Source: Candidatus Omnitrophota bacterium
GTDB lineage: Bacteria; Omnitrophota; Gorgyraeia; Gygaellales; Profunditerraquicolaceae
Assembly: GCA_030650425.1 (NCBI GenBank)
Contig: JAUSED010000008.1
Span: 68,554-132,553 of the forward strand
Length of the DNA: 64,000 bases
Reading direction: 5' to 3'
Part shown: piece after piece, positions 1-10,235 of the stretch
Position numbering within the stretch: position 1 is the stretch's first letter
Layout: each line of letters opens with the position of its first letter
The notes under the pieces: model-generated
What the model saw: the letters and a program-made list of their open reading frames with translations, nothing else
The model's database searches: none
What the model was told of the DNA's origin: nothing
Program-made: the position numbers and the translations under genes

Positions 1-1
1 C

Positions 2-826
2 TTGGATATTAGCAAGCTAAAAATCGTTTTTAACAGCAAGTGGTTTGAAAAAATGAAGGGCCAAGAGTTCGGGATGCTGCTTACCCACTATACAGCTAAT
101 AAAATGCTAGATCGTGAAGATTTTAGTCAGAGAAGGGCTAACAAAAAACCCGTATATATATCTGAGTTTATTTACCCCATACTTCAAGGGTATGATTCGG
201 TAATGCTTAAGGCAGATGTGGAATTAGGCGGGACCGACCAGATATTTAACCTTTTAGTTGGACGCGACCTGCAGGTGGATTTTAAACAACCTCAGCAGGT
301 AGTCATAACTATGCCGCTTTTAGAAGGGACCGACGGCGTCCAGAAAATGAGTAAGTCCTACGCTAACTATATCGGCATAAGTGAACCGACTAAAGAGATC
401 TTCGGAAAGATTATGTCTATCTCCGACGAGCTTATGCTAAAATATTACGAATTATTGACCGATGAAAATATGGATAGTATCAGAAAAATGCATCCTAAGC
501 AAGCCAAGGTAAATTTAGCTAAGCTGATCATCGCGCAATACCATTCAAAACCTGCCGCGGAAAAAGAGGCCGTGGAATTTGAGCGCGTCTTCTCGCAAAA
601 AGAAATACCGCAGGAAATCATCAAGTTTAAAACTGACGGTAAGAAAAAGATTATCATTATTCTTACTGAGAGCGGGCTGGCCGCAAGCGGTAACGAAGCC
701 CGTAGATTAATTAAGCAGGGAGCGGTAACCTTCGATAGCCAAAAAATAGAAAAGGAAGATTTTACGCCCAAGACGAGCGGTATTCTTAAGGCCGGCTCTC
801 GCAGGTTCTTGAAGATTATAATATGA
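2..826 (+). CDS. tyrS: tyrosine--tRNA ligase, C-terminal portion (5' end lies outside the window)
   Basis: KMSKS class-I aaRS signature (VQKMSKSYANYIG); GGTDQ motif; C-terminal S4-like domain (EARRLIKQGAVTFDSQKI). The ORF runs into the window edge. Confidence 0.8.
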   Translation: MDISKLKIVFNSKWFEKMKGQEFGMLLTHYTANKMLDREDFSQRRANKKPVYISEFIYPILQGYDSVMLKADVELGGTDQIFNLLVGRDLQVDFKQPQQVVITMPLLEGTDGVQKMSKSYANYIGISEPTKEIFGKIMSISDELMLKYYELLTDENMDSIRKMHPKQAKVNLAKLIIAQYHSKPAAEKEAVEFERVFSQKEIPQEIIKFKTDGKKKIIIILTESGLAASGNEARRLIKQGAVTFDSQKIEKEDFTPKTSGILKAGSRRFLKIII

Positions 827-1083
827 TCTCCACCCTCATCGGCTTAAGCGCCGCCACCTTAACTATGTTTTCCTTTATCCCGCAGATAGCTAGAGCGCTG
901 CGGACTAAATCTGTCAAAGATGTCAGCCCGGTTACCTTGTTTCAGCTTTCGCTGGGGGTGTGCTTATGGATAATCTACGGGGTTTTACGGAAAGATCCGG
1001 TAATCATAACCGCGAATGTGGTAACTTTAATCAGCCTGGGAATACTCATATTTTTGTTTTTTAAATATGGGAGAGAAAAATGA
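823..1083 (+). CDS. SemiSWEET / PQ-loop sugar transporter (about 86 aa, 3 TM)
   Basis: 86-aa hydrophobic protein with a PQ motif (FIPQIARAL) and the [11 protein letters not shown] / ANVVTL pattern, very close to characterised bacterial SemiSWEETs. Start overlaps the tyrS stop. Confidence 0.8.
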   Translation: MISTLIGLSAATLTMFSFIPQIARALRTKSVKDVSPVTLFQLSLGVCLWIIYGVLRKDPVIITANVVTLISLGILIFLFFKYGREK

Positions 1084-1946
1084 AAGGGATAATCTTAGCC
1101 GGCGGTAAAGCTACGCGGCTTTACCCGATTACTAAAGGTATATGTAAACAGCTGCTGCCTATTTACGATAAACCGATGATTTATTATCCGCTTTCGGTTT
1201 TAATGCTGGCTGGGATTAGGGATATTTTAGTTATTTCTACGCTTAAAGATACTCCTCGGTTTCGGGACTTGTTGGGAGACGGGAGGGGCCTGGGGATCAG
1301 ACTTTCTTATGCCGTGCAGCCTGAGCCAAAAGGCATTGCTCAAAGTTTTATTATCGCCGAAGAATTCATCGGCAGAGAGAGCGTTTCGCTTATTTTAGGA
1401 GATAATGTATTCTACGGCCATAATTTAAGCGAGCTCTTGCGGGAGGCGGCCAAGCTAAAAAACGGGGCGCTGGTTTTTGGTTATTATGTTAAAGACCCAG
1501 GCCGTTACGGCGTGGTTGAATTTAATAAAAAATGCAAGGTGGTTTCTATCGCGGAAAAGCCCAGGAAGCCAAAATCAAATTGGGTGGTTTCGGGGTTATA
1601 TTTTTATGATAACAAAGTCGTGGATATTGCCAAGAAACTCAGGCCTTCCAGCCGCGGAGAACTGGAAATCACTTCGGTTAATAATGAATACATCAAACGC
1701 GGAAAACTGAAGGTGCAATTTCTCGGCCGGGGCCACGCTTGGCTCGATACAGGCACCTACGAATCTTTGATTGATGCCTCCATCTTTATTAAGACGATCG
1801 AGGAGAGGCAGGGGTTAAAGATCGGCTGTATTGAAGAGGTTAGCTATCGCATGGGATATATCAATAAAAAACAACTTTTTAACTTAGCTAACCAGATACC
1901 TACAAGCTACGGCGAATATTTAAAGGATTTACTGAAGCAGCAGTAG
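1080..1946 (+). CDS. rmlA: glucose-1-phosphate thymidylyltransferase
   Basis: [16 protein letters not shown]...[17 protein letters not shown], the canonical RmlA/RfbA N-terminus. Length 288 aa. ATGA overlap with the upstream gene. Confidence 0.92.
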   Translation: MKGIILAGGKATRLYPITKGICKQLLPIYDKPMIYYPLSVLMLAGIRDILVISTLKDTPRFRDLLGDGRGLGIRLSYAVQPEPKGIAQSFIIAEEFIGRESVSLILGDNVFYGHNLSELLREAAKLKNGALVFGYYVKDPGRYGVVEFNKKCKVVSIAEKPRKPKSNWVVSGLYFYDNKVVDIAKKLRPSSRGELEITSVNNEYIKRGKLKVQFLGRGHAWLDTGTYESLIDASIFIKTIEERQGLKIGCIEEVSYRMGYINKKQLFNLANQIPTSYGEYLKDLLKQQ

Positions 1947-1953
1947 GGAAGCG

Positions 1954-2012
1954 GCAGTAGGGGACACTTTCCTACGTTCGTTTACTGCTTGTTGGAAAGT
2001 GTCCCCTACTGC
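1954..2012. repeat. perfect 19-bp inverted repeat (GCAGTAGGGGACACTTTCC ... GGAAAGTGTCCCCTACTGC) around a 21-nt loop, immediately after the rmlA stop
   Basis: Read directly from sequence. The arms are exact reverse complements. No downstream U-tract. Confidence 0.9.
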
Positions 2013-2023
2013 TGTCGAAGTCT

Positions 2024-2040
2024 GGAAAATGTCCCCTAGG
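2024..2040. repeat. third, degenerate copy of the same arm (GGAAAATGTCCCCTAGG) 11 nt after the hairpin
   Basis: Matches the right arm at 14 of 17 positions. Lies just upstream of the next start codon. Confidence 0.6.
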
Positions 2041-2048
2041 ATGCTAAA

Positions 2049-2870
2049 ATGAACAAAAAAATCCTTATACTGGGTAAAGGCTTTATCGGCGAGAGGCTGC
2101 AAAGGGCGCTGAATTGCCGGATTTCCGGAAAATTCATAAGATCTTTTGCTGATGCCGATAAAATAATCAGGCAATATAAACCTAGGGTAATCATTAATTG
2201 TATCGGTATAACGGGAAAGAGGAATGTTGATGATTGCGAACTGGAAAAAGACACAACTTTACTGGCAAATAGTTTTGTCCCGTTAATGCTGGCGGAAGCC
2301 GCGCTGCGTAATAATATCAAGCTGGTGCATATCTCTACCGGCTGTATATTTAATTTTGATTACGCTAGAAATAAGCCCATTAAAGAAGAAACTCTGCCGG
2401 ATTTTTTTGATTTATTCTATAGCCGTTCCAAGATTTATTCGGATATAGCGTTAGAAGCGTTAAGTAAGAAATACAATATTTTAATCGCACGCCTGCGTAT
2501 CCCGCTATTAAATGAATCTCATCCCAAAAACCTTCTGGATAAATTGATCAAGTATAAGCAAGTAATCGATATCCCCAATTCCGTAACCTATATCCCTGAT
2601 TTTGTCCGAGCGCTAAAACACTTGATTAAAATTAATGCCAGAGGATCCTATAACATAGTTAATAAGGGAGGCTTGCGGTATCCTAAACTTATGGATATAT
2701 ATAAAAAACATGTTCCCGGTTTTAGTTATGAAAAAATAGATTTCCATAAATTGAGTTTGACTCGCACAAATCTAATTATGTCCACGCGTAAACTTGAAAA
2801 GAGCGGTTTTAAAGTCCGTAAGATTGATTCTGTGTTGGAAGAATGCGTAAAAGAATACCTAAAATCTTAG
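2049..2870 (+). CDS. RmlD-family NAD(P)-dependent sugar-nucleotide reductase (dTDP-4-dehydro-6-deoxyhexose reductase-like)
   Basis: N-terminal Rossmann ILILGKGFIGERL; 273 aa; sugar-nucleotide-binding (RmlD-type) layout; sits between rmlA and rmlB. Confidence 0.55.
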   Translation: MNKKILILGKGFIGERLQRALNCRISGKFIRSFADADKIIRQYKPRVIINCIGITGKRNVDDCELEKDTTLLANSFVPLMLAEAALRNNIKLVHISTGCIFNFDYARNKPIKEETLPDFFDLFYSRSKIYSDIALEALSKKYNILIARLRIPLLNESHPKNLLDKLIKYKQVIDIPNSVTYIPDFVRALKHLIKINARGSYNIVNKGGLRYPKLMDIYKKHVPGFSYEKIDFHKLSLTRTNLIMSTRKLEKSGFKVRKIDSVLEECVKEYLKS

Positions 2871-3886
2871 TCACCGGAGGCGCGGGGTTTATCGCTAGCG
2901 CCTTTGCGCGATCAGTCATTGCGAGGAGCGAAGCGACGAAGCAATCTCCGTTTCTTCAGGTTATAGTTGTCGATAACCTCACCTACGCCGGCGATTTAAA
3001 ACGCCTCGGACGAAAAAGGGGACTGTCCCCGAAGGGGACTGTCCCCTTTTTCTATAAGGTAGATATTTGCGACAAAAAACAAATTGCGCGTATCTTTAAA
3101 AAAGAAAAACCTGATATCGTGGTTAACTTTGCCGCCGAAACCCACGTCGATAGAAGTATCTTAGATGGAGACAAATTTCTCACGACAAATATTCTCGGTA
3201 CACAAAACCTACTGGAAGCGGCCAAGGAATTTGGCATAAGCCGTTTTGTGCATATTTCAACCGATGAAGTTTATGGGGATATAAAAAGAGGCAGGTTTAC
3301 GGAGAATTCTCCTTTAAATCCAAGTTCACCGTATTCCGCGAGCAAGGCCAGCGCGGATTTATTGGTTAAATCATATATCAGGACCTACAAATTCCCAGCT
3401 ATAATCGTCCGTCCTTCCAATAATTACGGGCCTTGGCAATATCCCGAAAAATTAATTCCGGTAATAATTTACAAAGCTATAAAAAATGAAAAAGTTCCTA
3501 TTTATGCCAAAGGCTTGAATGTGCGCGAATGGCTCTATGTTGATGATTGCGCCAGCGCGATTTCAAAAATATTGGAAAAGGGTAAACCCGGTGAAATTTA
3601 TAATATCGGTTCAGGAAACGAATGTAAGAATATCGAAGTGGTAAAGAAAATTCTTGATATTTTGGGAAAACCGCATAGCCTGATTAAATTCGTCCAGGAC
3701 CGTCCCGGCCATGATATCCGTTATTCTCTGGATTCTTCTAAGATAAGAAGAGAACTTGGTTGGTCGCCGGAGATAAGCTTTGATACAGGGATTAAAAAAA
3801 CAGTTAATTGGTATGTCGCTAACTTCTCTTGGCTTGAAACAAAGGCTAAAATTTTAAGAAATTACTGGAAGAAGGTGTATAAATAA
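2843..3886 (+). CDS. rmlB: dTDP-glucose 4,6-dehydratase
   Basis: [12 protein letters not shown]...[11 protein letters not shown]...[12 protein letters not shown]...[14 protein letters not shown], the RmlB hallmarks. Carries an in-frame palindromic segment at 3013-3051. Confidence 0.88.
   Translation: MRKRIPKILVTGGAGFIASAFARSVIARSEATKQSPFLQVIVVDNLTYAGDLKRLGRKRGLSPKGTVPFFYKVDICDKKQIARIFKKEKPDIVVNFAAETHVDRSILDGDKFLTTNILGTQNLLEAAKEFGISRFVHISTDEVYGDIKRGRFTENSPLNPSSPYSASKASADLLVKSYIRTYKFPAIIVRPSNNYGPWQYPEKLIPVIIYKAIKNEKVPIYAKGLNVREWLYVDDCASAISKILEKGKPGEIYNIGSGNECKNIEVVKKILDILGKPHSLIKFVQDRPGHDIRYSLDSSKIRRELGWSPEISFDTGIKKTVNWYVANFSWLETKAKILRNYWKKVYK
3013..3051. repeat. 39-nt near-perfect palindrome inside rmlB: A5-GGGGACTGTCCCC-GAA-GGGGACTGTCCCC-T5 (two tandem 13-nt self-complementary units)
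   Basis: Read directly. Each 13-mer is its own reverse complement around a central T. Encodes ...[15 protein letters not shown]... in a loop that is only about 4 aa longer than in E. coli RmlB. Confidence 0.85.
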
Positions 3887-4944
3887 TGGCGATTGTCTTA
3901 GTTACCGGTTCTTGCGGTTTAATCGGCTCTGAAACCGTAAGTTTCTTCGCCGAAAAAGGTTTTGATGTTGTGGGAATTGATAATAATATGCGTAAGTTAT
4001 TTTTCGGAGAAGACGGTTCCGTGCTTTGGAACCTAATGCGCATTAAGGCAAAATATAAGAACTACAAACATTATTCCGCGGATATCCGACGAGAAAATCA
4101 AATTAATAAAATATTTAAAAAATATGCTTCAGATATCGCGCTAATCGTCCATGCCGCGGCCCAGCCTTCACACGATTGGGCAGCCAAAGATCCGATGATC
4201 GATTTTGGGGTGAACGCGGCCGGAACATTGATTCTTCTGGAAGCCTTGCGTAAGTTCTGCCCTCAAGCGGTTTTCATTTTTATCTCTACCAATAAAGTTT
4301 ACGGTGATACTCCGAACCGCCTGCCGCTGATTGAAAGAGAAAAGCGTTTTGAGCTTCCGACAGATCATAAATTTTATAAAGGGATTGATGAATCGATGAA
4401 TATTGATCAGTCTCTGCATTCGGTTTTCGGGGCGTCAAAGGTAAGCGCTGATATTATGACTCAGGAATACGGCAGGTATTTTGGGCTTAAAACCGGCATA
4501 TTCCGCGGCGGCTGCCTTACCGGCCCGTTACATTCCGGAGCCCAATTACACGGTTTCTTGTCTTATTTTGTAAAATGCGCAATTACCGGCCGTAAATATA
4601 TGATTTACGGGTATAAAGGCAAACAGGTGCGGGATAATATTCATTCCTACGATTTGGTGAATGCGTTTTATCATTTCTTCAAAGCGCCGCGCTCCGGCCA
4701 AGTATATAACATCGGCGGCAGCAGGCTTGCCAATATTTCCATCTTAGAGGCGATTGATTTGTGCGAAAAAATAAGCGGCAGGAAATTTAATTATGAATAC
4801 GTGGATAAAAACAGGATCGGCGACCATATCTGGTGGATAAGCGACGTCTCCAAATTCAAATCGCATTATCCCGGATGGCAATACAAATTCGGCATAGAGG
4901 ATACGATGCAACAGATTTACCAAGCGCAGAAAGAATTGTTATGA
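3886..4944 (+). CDS. NAD-dependent epimerase/dehydratase (extended SDR, CDP-paratose/tyvelose 2-epimerase-like)
   Basis: [13 protein letters not shown]; [11 protein letters not shown]; [11 protein letters not shown] (YxxxK). 352 aa. Confidence 0.6.
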   Translation: MAIVLVTGSCGLIGSETVSFFAEKGFDVVGIDNNMRKLFFGEDGSVLWNLMRIKAKYKNYKHYSADIRRENQINKIFKKYASDIALIVHAAAQPSHDWAAKDPMIDFGVNAAGTLILLEALRKFCPQAVFIFISTNKVYGDTPNRLPLIEREKRFELPTDHKFYKGIDESMNIDQSLHSVFGASKVSADIMTQEYGRYFGLKTGIFRGGCLTGPLHSGAQLHGFLSYFVKCAITGRKYMIYGYKGKQVRDNIHSYDLVNAFYHFFKAPRSGQVYNIGGSRLANISILEAIDLCEKISGRKFNYEYVDKNRIGDHIWWISDVSKFKSHYPGWQYKFGIEDTMQQIYQAQKELL

Positions 4945-5978
4945 AATATAAAAGTTTACTGATTACCGGCGGCGCGGGTTTTATCGGCAGCAACTTAGCG
5001 GTCTATTTTAAGCGTAAATTTCCGTTTCTTAAGGTGTTTGTTTTAGATAATCTGGTGCGCCGGGGAAGTGAATTTAATTTGCCGCGGCTTAAAGAAAACG
5101 GCATTAAATTTATCCGCGGGGATATTCGGCGTCCTAAAGACCTTGATTTGAAGTTTGAAATAGACTTGATATTGGAATGTTCTGCGGAGCCCTCGGTATT
5201 GGCAGGTTATCAGAATCCAGCCTATATTATTGACACAAATCTGATCGGCACGGTTAATTGCCTTGAGTTGTGCCGCAAGCGTAAAGCGGGGATGATTTTT
5301 CTTTCTACCAGCAGGGTTTATCCTTATGAAAAAATAAACGCGATTAGGCGCCTGGAAACAAAAAGCAGGTTTGAATGGCCGCGTTCTTCCGGTATTGGCG
5401 CGGATTTTTCTCTGACCGGACCAAAGACTTTATACGGCGCGACTAAACTGGCGTCGGAATTCATCCTTCAGGAGTATATTGCCGCATACGGCATCAGAGC
5501 GGTTGTGAATCGTTGCGCAGTGGTTGCCGGACCGTGGCAGTTTGGCAAGGTTGACCAAGGTGTGTTTACCTACTGGATGCTGGCGCACTATTTTAAGAAA
5601 CCGCTTAAATATATCGGTTTTGGCGGGCAGGGAAAGCAGGTGCGCGATCTTTTACACGTTGATGACCTTTGCCGGTTAATTGGCTTGCAGGCAAACATCC
5701 TTTCTCAATTAAGCGGTAATACCTATAATGTCGGCGGCGCAAGAGAGGTAAGCCTTTCTTTGTTGGAGGCCACCGCGCTTTGCCGGCAGATTACCGGTAA
5801 CAAGATTAAAGTAGGACGAAACCCGCGTAACCGGCCGGGAGATATCGCGATATACCTTACAGACAACCAGAAAGTTACCCGGGAACTGAAATGGAAACCG
5901 CAGAAGCCGGCAGCAATGATTCTAAATGATATCTTTAACTGGATTAGAGATAATGAATCACAGCTAAGAGAGCTATAG
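4941..5978 (+). CDS. NAD-dependent epimerase/dehydratase (CDP-paratose 2-epimerase-like), paralogue of the previous gene
   Basis: [18 protein letters not shown]...[14 protein letters not shown]...YGATKLASE. Start taken at ATG 4941 (ATGA overlap) rather than the upstream in-frame extension in the ORF track. Confidence 0.65.
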   Translation: MKYKSLLITGGAGFIGSNLAVYFKRKFPFLKVFVLDNLVRRGSEFNLPRLKENGIKFIRGDIRRPKDLDLKFEIDLILECSAEPSVLAGYQNPAYIIDTNLIGTVNCLELCRKRKAGMIFLSTSRVYPYEKINAIRRLETKSRFEWPRSSGIGADFSLTGPKTLYGATKLASEFILQEYIAAYGIRAVVNRCAVVAGPWQFGKVDQGVFTYWMLAHYFKKPLKYIGFGGQGKQVRDLLHVDDLCRLIGLQANILSQLSGNTYNVGGAREVSLSLLEATALCRQITGNKIKVGRNPRNRPGDIAIYLTDNQKVTRELKWKPQKPAAMILNDIFNWIRDNESQLREL

Positions 5979-5984
5979 TGAATA

Positions 5985-6725
5985 ATGCTTAAGGATACAC
6001 TCCGCAAGCGTTTTATTGCCGTCGAATCCGACACTCTGGTTATCGAAACAATCCAAACCGAATCAAAAACCCTCCGTCAGCGCCTACGCGTGCTTAGGCT
6101 TAAAGGCACTTGGCGCGCTAATATCCAGAATGAGCTTTGTTTTGATGCTGTCCTGCGTAGGGGTCCGCCGGAGCACTATTCCTTCAAAGGAACTTGGAAG
6201 TTAAACAATAACCAACAGATCGAATATAACTGCGGCGAAGGCCCGGACGTCTTGACCTTCAAAGGCCACTGGGGTATATCTTCGGCTAATCGGCTTGTTT
6301 ATGCTTTGGAAGGCAGTTCAACCTCGCGTTTTGAATTTAAAGTCCAGCTTGAATCGTCAACACTTTATCCTAAAGCAGGCCAGATCCGCTACCGTATTGG
6401 CATAGGCGCGCGGAAAAATCGCCTGACTGCGGCAGGCCAGATGCTTATTCTTTATGGCGAATGGAAGTTTGGCCGCGATTTGGGGTTAATTTTCCAGATG
6501 AATTATGGGCAAGGAAGAGTTAAATCTATTGTTTTTGGGGCAGAGGTGACCTTTGATCACAATAAGCTTATTTTCGCGCTTAGAAATGAGTTTGGCGAGA
6601 CTTTAGGCCTAACCCTTACTATGACGCATCAATTCTTAGAAGATCTTGATACCGAAGCCTTTATCAGGCTGAAATCCCGCCGCAATGAACAGGCAATAGA
6701 AGTCGGAATAACCATTCCTTTTTGA
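5985..6725 (+). CDS. hypothetical protein, no recognisable domain (246 aa; soluble, predicted beta-rich)
   Basis: Clean ORF with coding-like composition. No motif I can assign. Confidence 0.4.
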   Translation: MLKDTLRKRFIAVESDTLVIETIQTESKTLRQRLRVLRLKGTWRANIQNELCFDAVLRRGPPEHYSFKGTWKLNNNQQIEYNCGEGPDVLTFKGHWGISSANRLVYALEGSSTSRFEFKVQLESSTLYPKAGQIRYRIGIGARKNRLTAAGQMLILYGEWKFGRDLGLIFQMNYGQGRVKSIVFGAEVTFDHNKLIFALRNEFGETLGLTLTMTHQFLEDLDTEAFIRLKSRRNEQAIEVGITIPF

Positions 6726-6739
6726 GCAAAAAACACTTT

Positions 6740-6816
6740 ATTCCCAAGGCTTTAATGATATAATATTAATTCTTAATAATGCCGTCATTGTGAGCGATCG
6801 ATTCCATTATAATGAA
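6740..6816 (+). promoter_or_regulatory. AT-rich intergenic region with candidate sigma70-type promoters (TTTATT-N16-TATAAT near 6743-6770; second TATAAT inside the palindrome CATTATAATG near 6806-6815)
   Basis: One of only a few intergenic gaps of about 100 nt. Hexamers read by eye. Confidence 0.35.
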
Positions 6817-6824
6817 GGTTTAAT

Positions 6825-7559
6825 ATGTCAAAACACTATGGTTGGTTACCGGACATTCCGGATAAGCGCGATTTACTCTACAGCGCCATCAAGCCCCGCG
6901 TCAGGCTTCTTCCTAAAGTTGACTTACGCGCAAGCTGTTCGCAAGTTGAACAGCAGGGAAAATTAGGCAGCTGTACCGCCAATGCCCTTGCAGGGAACAT
7001 TGAATATCTGGATAATCTTGTTGATTCAACTTATACCGATGTCAGCCGTCTTTTTATTTATTATAACGAAAGAGAGCTTGAATACACGCAAGATTATGAT
7101 GCCGGGGCATCTTTGCGCGACGGTATAAAAACTTTGAGGAAAACCGGTTATTGCTGGGAGAAAACTTGGCCTTATAAAATCGCCTTATTTGATCAAAAGC
7201 CGCCGCTTCGCTGTTATGAAGAAGCCAAACAGCATTGTATCCAATCTTACCACCGAATTAATAATTTACTGGAGATGCTGGTTTGTTTGAGTCAAGGCTA
7301 TCCTTTTGTTTTTGGTTTTACCGTTTACGAAAGTTTTGAGAGCCTAGCCGTAAAACGCTCCGGCGTGGCGAATATGCCTAAAAGAGGAGAACGCGTTTTA
7401 GGAGGGCACGCGGTGATGGCAGTCGGCTACAATCAGCAAGAGAAGCGTTTTCTGGCGCGTAATTCCTGGGGGAGGCAATGGGGTAAGCAAGGTTATTTCA
7501 CCATGCCTTTTGAATATCTGGAAAGCTTAGCCGCCGATTTTTGGACGATACGGAAATAG
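6825..7559 (+). CDS. papain-like (C1 family) cysteine peptidase, cytoplasmic (no signal peptide)
   Basis: Catalytic-triad context: QGKLGSCTANA (Gln/Cys), GGHAVMAVGY (His), NSWG (Asn-Trp). 244 aa. Confidence 0.7.
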   Translation: MSKHYGWLPDIPDKRDLLYSAIKPRVRLLPKVDLRASCSQVEQQGKLGSCTANALAGNIEYLDNLVDSTYTDVSRLFIYYNERELEYTQDYDAGASLRDGIKTLRKTGYCWEKTWPYKIALFDQKPPLRCYEEAKQHCIQSYHRINNLLEMLVCLSQGYPFVFGFTVYESFESLAVKRSGVANMPKRGERVLGGHAVMAVGYNQQEKRFLARNSWGRQWGKQGYFTMPFEYLESLAADFWTIRK

Positions 7560-7568
7560 AGGAGTAAA

Positions 7569-9579
<2,011 letters not shown>

Positions 9580-9585
9580 GCACTT

Positions 9586-9618
9586 TTGACTTGACAAAAC
9601 GGGTGTTTCTTGTACGAT
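9586..9618 (+). promoter_or_regulatory. sigma70-like promoter: TTGACA (9591-9596) - 16 nt - TGtTACGAT (extended -10, 9611-9618)
   Basis: Read directly. Sits in a 99-nt gap upstream of the regulator gene. Confidence 0.5.
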
Positions 9619-9664
9619 ATGTTCATTAATTGAACTGTTCATTTGTTCAGGTATTGAACATCAT
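9619..9664 (+). promoter_or_regulatory. operator-like array of TGTTCA/TGAACA half-sites (two TGTTCA-N5-TGAAC(A) dyads) between the promoter and the regulator start
   Basis: aTGTTCAttaatTGAACtGTTCAttTGTTCAggtatTGAACAtcat read directly from sequence. Confidence 0.5.
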
Positions 9665-9678
9665 AAGGGAGTAATTTT

Positions 9679-10218
9679 ATGCTTGATGAAAGAGATTTTG
9701 AGCTAATAAATATTATTGGTTCAGAAATTGCCTCCAACCAGCGTGACCTATCCCGCCAAATGAACCTTTCCTTAGGGATGACTAATATGCTTATCCGGCG
9801 GCTTCTTGCCAAAGGATATATTCGTATCCGTCAGTTGAATAAGAAAAAATTTGAGTATATCCTTACACCTGAAGGATTTAAAGAGAAGATGCGTAAATCC
9901 GTAAAATATACCTTAAAGACAATCAATTCAATTGGCCTGATTAAAGAGCGTTTTAATTCTTTATTTAAAGAGATATACGCGAAAGGCGAACGGAGATTTT
10001 TTATCCTTGGCGAGTCTGATTTGACTTTTTTAGTGGAGATGGTCATGCGCGAACTTTCTTTGAAGGATTGTTCTGTTGAGCGGATTAAAGATTTACCGAG
10101 TAATGGGATAAACGGGACTATTCTCGTCTGTCAAGAGGATATTTTTGATAAGATTACGGCTGATAATAAGGTTGATTTGATTCATGAATTGGCCAAGGAT
10201 TTAGTCCTAAAAAACTAA
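9679..10218 (+). CDS. winged-helix (MarR-like N-terminal) transcriptional regulator with a C-terminal domain of unknown function
   Basis: N-terminal 60 aa resemble a wHTH (NQRDLSRQMNLSLGMTNMLIRRLLAKGYI). 179 aa. Confidence 0.45.
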   Translation: MLDERDFELINIIGSEIASNQRDLSRQMNLSLGMTNMLIRRLLAKGYIRIRQLNKKKFEYILTPEGFKEKMRKSVKYTLKTINSIGLIKERFNSLFKEIYAKGERRFFILGESDLTFLVEMVMRELSLKDCSVERIKDLPSNGINGTILVCQEDIFDKITADNKVDLIHELAKDLVLKN

Positions 10219-10235
10219 AATTATTGAGGAGACTT

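Noticed and set aside
445-771. Minus-strand ORFs in the six-frame track (445-771, 5723-6034, 9249-9626, 26245-26568, 55939-56403, 58699-59130, 58784-59158, 60077-60424 and others)
   Set aside because: All lie entirely inside, antisense to, well-supported + strand genes with strong family signatures. They are low-complexity or Ser/Pro/Arg-rich shadow ORFs typical of antisense frames, so none were called.
1954-2012. Hairpin as a canonical Rho-independent terminator
   Set aside because: The stem is strong, but there is no downstream T/U run (it is followed by GTCGAAGTC) and the next gene starts 37 nt later on the same strand. Kept as a repeat or structured element instead.
4833-4940. Upstream in-frame extension of the second paratose-epimerase-like gene (ORF track start 4833); similar extensions at 17676, 49981, 51881, 53847, 58715, 28154
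   Set aside because: The extensions overlap the preceding gene by 100 nt or more and lack a Rossmann or other N-terminal motif. Internal ATG/TTG/GTG starts placed right at or after the upstream stop, often with an RBS-like purine tract, give canonical N-termini.
10224-10235. TTG start at 10224 for the PseB-like gene (MRRLM...)
   Set aside because: The GAGGAG at 10225-10230 would then lie inside the ORF. ATG 10236 sits the right distance downstream of that RBS and yields the canonical (M)LSHKTILITGGTGSFGK N-terminus.
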